A stretch of DNA of 64,000 nucleotides from Azolla caroliniana (lineage: Eukaryota > Plantae > Polypodiophyta): NCBI GenBank assembly GCA_043228905.1, contig JBHGNT010000005.1:1116001-1180000 (forward strand). The letters run 5' to 3'. The notes beneath the pieces were generated by a model. That model searched no databases and had not been told where the DNA came from. It saw only the letters and a list, made by a program, of their open reading frames with translations. The translations under genes were made by a program, and so were the position numbers. Within the stretch, counting starts at the first letter, position 1, and every line of letters starts with the position of its first letter. Shown here piece by piece: positions 60,101 to 64,000 of the stretch.

Positions 60101-63100
60101 AAAGTTTCTTTTTCTCATTGAACTGATAATTGCTAAGTTTTATTCTTCCTTTCACCCACTTAGGAAAGATGAACCACTCTCTAGTTGTTGGCGTGGTGGT
60201 TTATACTGTAGCGTCAAAAGTCATAATTTTGAGAGAACCCAAGTTCGATCCTTGCCATGGGTTGGGCCCCATCTCATTGATCATAATTGGTCTTCCATGG
60301 ATGTTAAAAATAAACATATCTATCTATCTATTTAAGGGATGACCAGAGACATTTAGGAGGCTTGAATTTATTAGTTTTTCGCATCTCCAGTAAGCTGCTA
60401 CCCTTAAGGTTTCCCTGTAATTTCTTTCCTCAAATAATTCTCTTGTGTGCACATACATAATTAGGTTTCTTTTTCTGAATATCCATGGACGTGAAGCAAT
60501 TAGGTCAGCAGTGAAGGTTGGCTAGAACACTCATTGGATTTCATGTTCCCGGGGTGTATTTTGTTGGCACTTTTCTTTTTGTGATTTCCAGATTGTTATC
60601 AGAATAATATAAAAAGTATCACCAAGGAGTGATAGGCAGTTGGTCTATTTCTTTTTCTTTCTCCAAAGTTTATCTTGAGGGTGGAACCTAAATTAAGTTC
60701 AATTATGGTGGAATAACCTTTTCTACCACCCTTCAAATTGCACATCTTGGTTTAATGCCTTCTGTTTCAAGTCTGCATAGATCCTCCAAATGACATGTAT
60801 GTAGAGCTCCAAAGGGTTCAGGAATTGGAAACTTTGAGGAAATGTTTTGGGAGCATTATAAGAATTCTTTGCTTGCGAAGTTGAACTGGAGTCCTCCTTA
60901 TTTACTTATTTGAAGTTTTGATTATTTGGAACATTATATTCGCATGAAAATTTTGGTTCAATTAAGTACTCACTATTGTTATTTTCAATCTTCAGGAAAT
61001 TATGCTCCTAAGCGTTTTGAGGCATAAAAATATTTTACACTACAAGGGGAGTGAAACGGTAAGTTCATATTTTTATTAATGACGTCTTGGATTATGTGCA
61101 ATTATCCTTTATGTAGCTAGCATTGAGTGATTGGGTGATTCTCCCTTTAAACACTAAGGTGGCAAAATCGTGATAAGGTTATTATGGTATATGCCTTCAC
61201 ATCTTGTGCATGGCGACAGTAGTTGATGTCCTCATGCTCCCCAAGGAGGATATAAAGAATGCTTGTATTTTTTACAGTAACACATGACATTTTGGCATAC
61301 ATCACCTTGTGTTTTGCACATACTGCCCGTTTTGTAGATTTCTTCACCTAGTTTTATTCTCTGAGGCCAAATATGCAGATGAACCCAATGAACTCATGGG
61401 ATATAAATCAGCCAACTTTATGATTATCAGATGAAGCAACAACAGGATTTGGATTGTTGCCAGTTAAAACATTGATGATCAGATGTTTACACCACAATAG
61501 AGAGGAGGGATGGGGCTGATTCAGTATATGATGGAGCAGACAAAGGAGAGATTATAACTGCTTTTCAAAGTTTATAGAGTAAACTGGCTGACCATAGAAA
61601 ATGAAATGCCGTGTGAAAAATTGAGGAAAATAAGTTGGAAACAAAGGGATAAGGTGCATAGCATAATGTGATGCATTTGAAATATTAATAAAGAAAACAA
61701 TGTCTGTATGTGTGAGCAGATTGGCAACAGTTTGTACATATACTTGGAACTTGTGTCTGGTGGCTCTATATATAAATTACTTCAAGAGTTTGAAAATAAA
61801 ATCCCAGAATCAGTCATCCGACGATATACAAGGCAGATTCTCCTGGGATTGTCATATCTGCATGACAAACAAACAGTTCACAGGTATTCCTTTCTTTGCA
61901 AGATGAGTATTATGTACTTTTTATTTTAATATAATTTTTATGCAGGCTATACATTTGTAACGACACAAGTCTTTAAAAAAAGGCCTATGCTCATCCTGTG
62001 TATGTAAATGTGAAATTAGTTACTCTCTACAGAATCTTGATTTTCAAAAAGAAATTTACGCTGACATTTGTACAACTGACTGATGCATCAAATTATTTTC
62101 ATAGAAATGGGAGAGCCACAACTGTGAGAATATAGCGTCCTGTCATATTTCAAACATTTAATCTTTAGCATGGAGTTGTATAATATAGAAAGAAAGAAAA
62201 TTCATAATGGTCCATAAGAATGACAAATATTATCTCATCAAAATGAGTAACAGAAGCTAAATGTGTTTTTAATCTAACTTCCTAAATATGAAAGGCTTAA
62301 ATATCTGTAGGCATTTGTAACTGGTGGTGATTAGCACATGTGCCTGATCTCCACAGATGACTATAATTTTTTGCAAAAGAGAGTTAATGAGTAGTGTGTA
62401 ATCTAAGACATCATGATCGCTATTTTCCTCTATGGTTCAGTTGCACTACTACCATTATGGGTAGTAAAAATTAAGAAAAGTTTGACTCATTGTGGCCACA
62501 TATGCTTGCAATTGACGTTCAACATTGAAAATAGTACTCCATTCATTTTAGATCTACAAATATAGTTAAGCATACTTACATAGGTGTATGTGAATATGTA
62601 TATGGCCTCAATGGCTGCATCGTTGTTCTTGCTGCCCTCTAAGATAGAAGCTTGTTGGGTGTGTAAAGTCAAGAGATACCTTTGTTGTTCTCTGTATGTG
62701 TGGATCTCAGTGTTATATGTCATCAATGAGTGTTTCACCTGATGTAGCATTTGTGGCATACCCTCTTGTTTTTTTCTAGAACTCATTAAACCATTAGAGA
62801 GTGAAATAATTGAAGACTGACCACTATTTGGAGACCGTTCACATGTTGAAAGTTTGTGCGCTGGAGGAAAGAAAAAAAACCCAACTTGATACTTGGTGTT
62901 CATTCAGGTCTTTTCTTGAATCTTACTCAACACAAAGAGGTGATTCATACTTTGAAGAGTCTGATTGGGAAGGGAGAACAATAATTGTTATTTCCAGTAA
63001 AATTCCATTATTCAAGATGATGTTAACAATTAGGGGGCTTCTACATATTCGATGTCTACTATTGTTTTATCTCATAAGTAATCACCAACTGGCATCTGAA

Positions 63101-64000
63101 TATGTTAGTAGACTTTATTTTTCTGTAGATAGTTCATGTCCAGAATGCACCTGATTCCAATATCCAAAAATCAAAATATCTTCTTGATTTGGTGATCATC
63201 CACCTGTGTATCAAGTTTAACTTTCAAAAAGTTCTAGAAAGTTTCTTTTCGGGCCAGAAGTGATGCTCAATAGATTTTAAATAACTGCCACTAATGACGC
63301 ACTCTTTTGAAAGAAGTCATACGGATGATGTGTTTGAAAAGTATTTTTGTTTCTAATTTCTTTCTTTTATATAATATTGAAGATTTAATTATGACAATCT
63401 TGATGTTCTATACCCTTCAGCTTTATTTAGTATGTTCTGGATTGAAGCGTGTTTTCATACTGTGTTTTCTATATTGCTAATGTGCTTGTTTCTAGTGAGT
63501 TTTCCAATTTGATACTCTGTAGGATAGGAAATCACATCAAGTCCATATGACTGGAAATTTATTTAGTTCTCTTCAACAATGTAGTTAATTGTATGTTTTC
63601 TTCTTGATGAAATGAGGCTTTTAATTTTCGTCTTTCTTTTGCATGCACATTTTCTGACACTCAGAGGATTATACCTTTTGTAGGGACATTAAATGTGCCA
63701 ATGTTCTTGTAGACCAAGATGGGGTCGTGAAGCTGGCAGATTTCGGCATGGCAAAACTTGTAATACCTCTACTCATGTTTGATGAAATTGTAATTTTTTT
63801 ATGTCCTGTTACTTTTTGCTTCTGATTTTGCTCTATTGCCAATTGGAGCGCATAGGGAATTACTGTTGTTTGTATCTGAGTTAGCACTTATGTTGGTTCA
63901 TATTCTCTATCTCTTTCTACCCATGTTTTATTAATTGGGTTTTATTTCCATGTTACTTTCGATTGTTGATTTTGCTCAGATGGAGCTTGTAGTGGCTCAC
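57125..64000 (+). CDS. MEKK-type MAP kinase kinase kinase, YODA/MAPKKK3/5 (A2)-like; 3' part beyond the window
   Basis: Exons 57125-57386, 57567-57789, 57934-58506, 58620-58707, 60996-61058, 61720-61883, 63684-63759, 63980->64000 (GT-AG, in phase). Motifs [29 protein letters not shown]...[56 protein letters not shown]. Confidence 0.93.
60177..60333 (+). mobile_element. tRNA-derived SINE (~150 bp) in kinase intron 4, with a LINE-like 3' end
   Basis: Pol III A box TGGCGTGGTGG (60189-60199) and B box GTTCGATCC (60243-60251). The 3' part TCTCATT-GATCATAATTGGTC-ttccatgGATGTTAA...(TATC)3 matches the LINE 3' end TCTCATG-GGCCAAATTTGGCC-ttaaaaGACGTTAA...(TCTT)n. Confidence 0.72.

Noticed and set aside
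60181-60260. Functional tRNA gene
   Set aside because: Has A and B boxes but no convincing cloverleaf or acceptor stem, and continues into a LINE-like tail; treated as a SINE.

Overview
AT-rich, intron-containing plant nuclear DNA, most likely a fern. This is inferred from PLS-PPR proteins built with 36-aa LL-type motifs; the compact gene spacing would fit a small-genome fern. Genes: a 9-exon SUD1/CER9 (MARCH6/Doa10) RING-CH E3 ligase (-); a 2-exon DUF4460/TCAIM-like J-domain-like protein (-); four intronless PLS-class PPR genes that all stop in or after E1/E2 with no DYW domain, plus a PPR relic; a CCHC-knuckle/KH RNA-binding protein (+); a YODA/MAPKKK-A2-like kinase running off the right edge (+); and possibly a gene start running off the left edge (-). 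Mobile DNA: at least seven 3' ends of related non-LTR retrotransposons (RTE/RTEX-like, inferred) that sit at CT/GA microsatellites and share a 3' stem-loop, and a tRNA-derived SINE that carries the same 3' stem-loop, i.e. a candidate LINE-SINE partner system. Also a hAT MITE with an 8-bp TSD, a truncated Ty1/copia element with a nested solo LTR (5-bp TSD), a putative Helitron 3' end, several local tandem duplications and a 100-N assembly gap. All family assignments are by eye; no database search was run.
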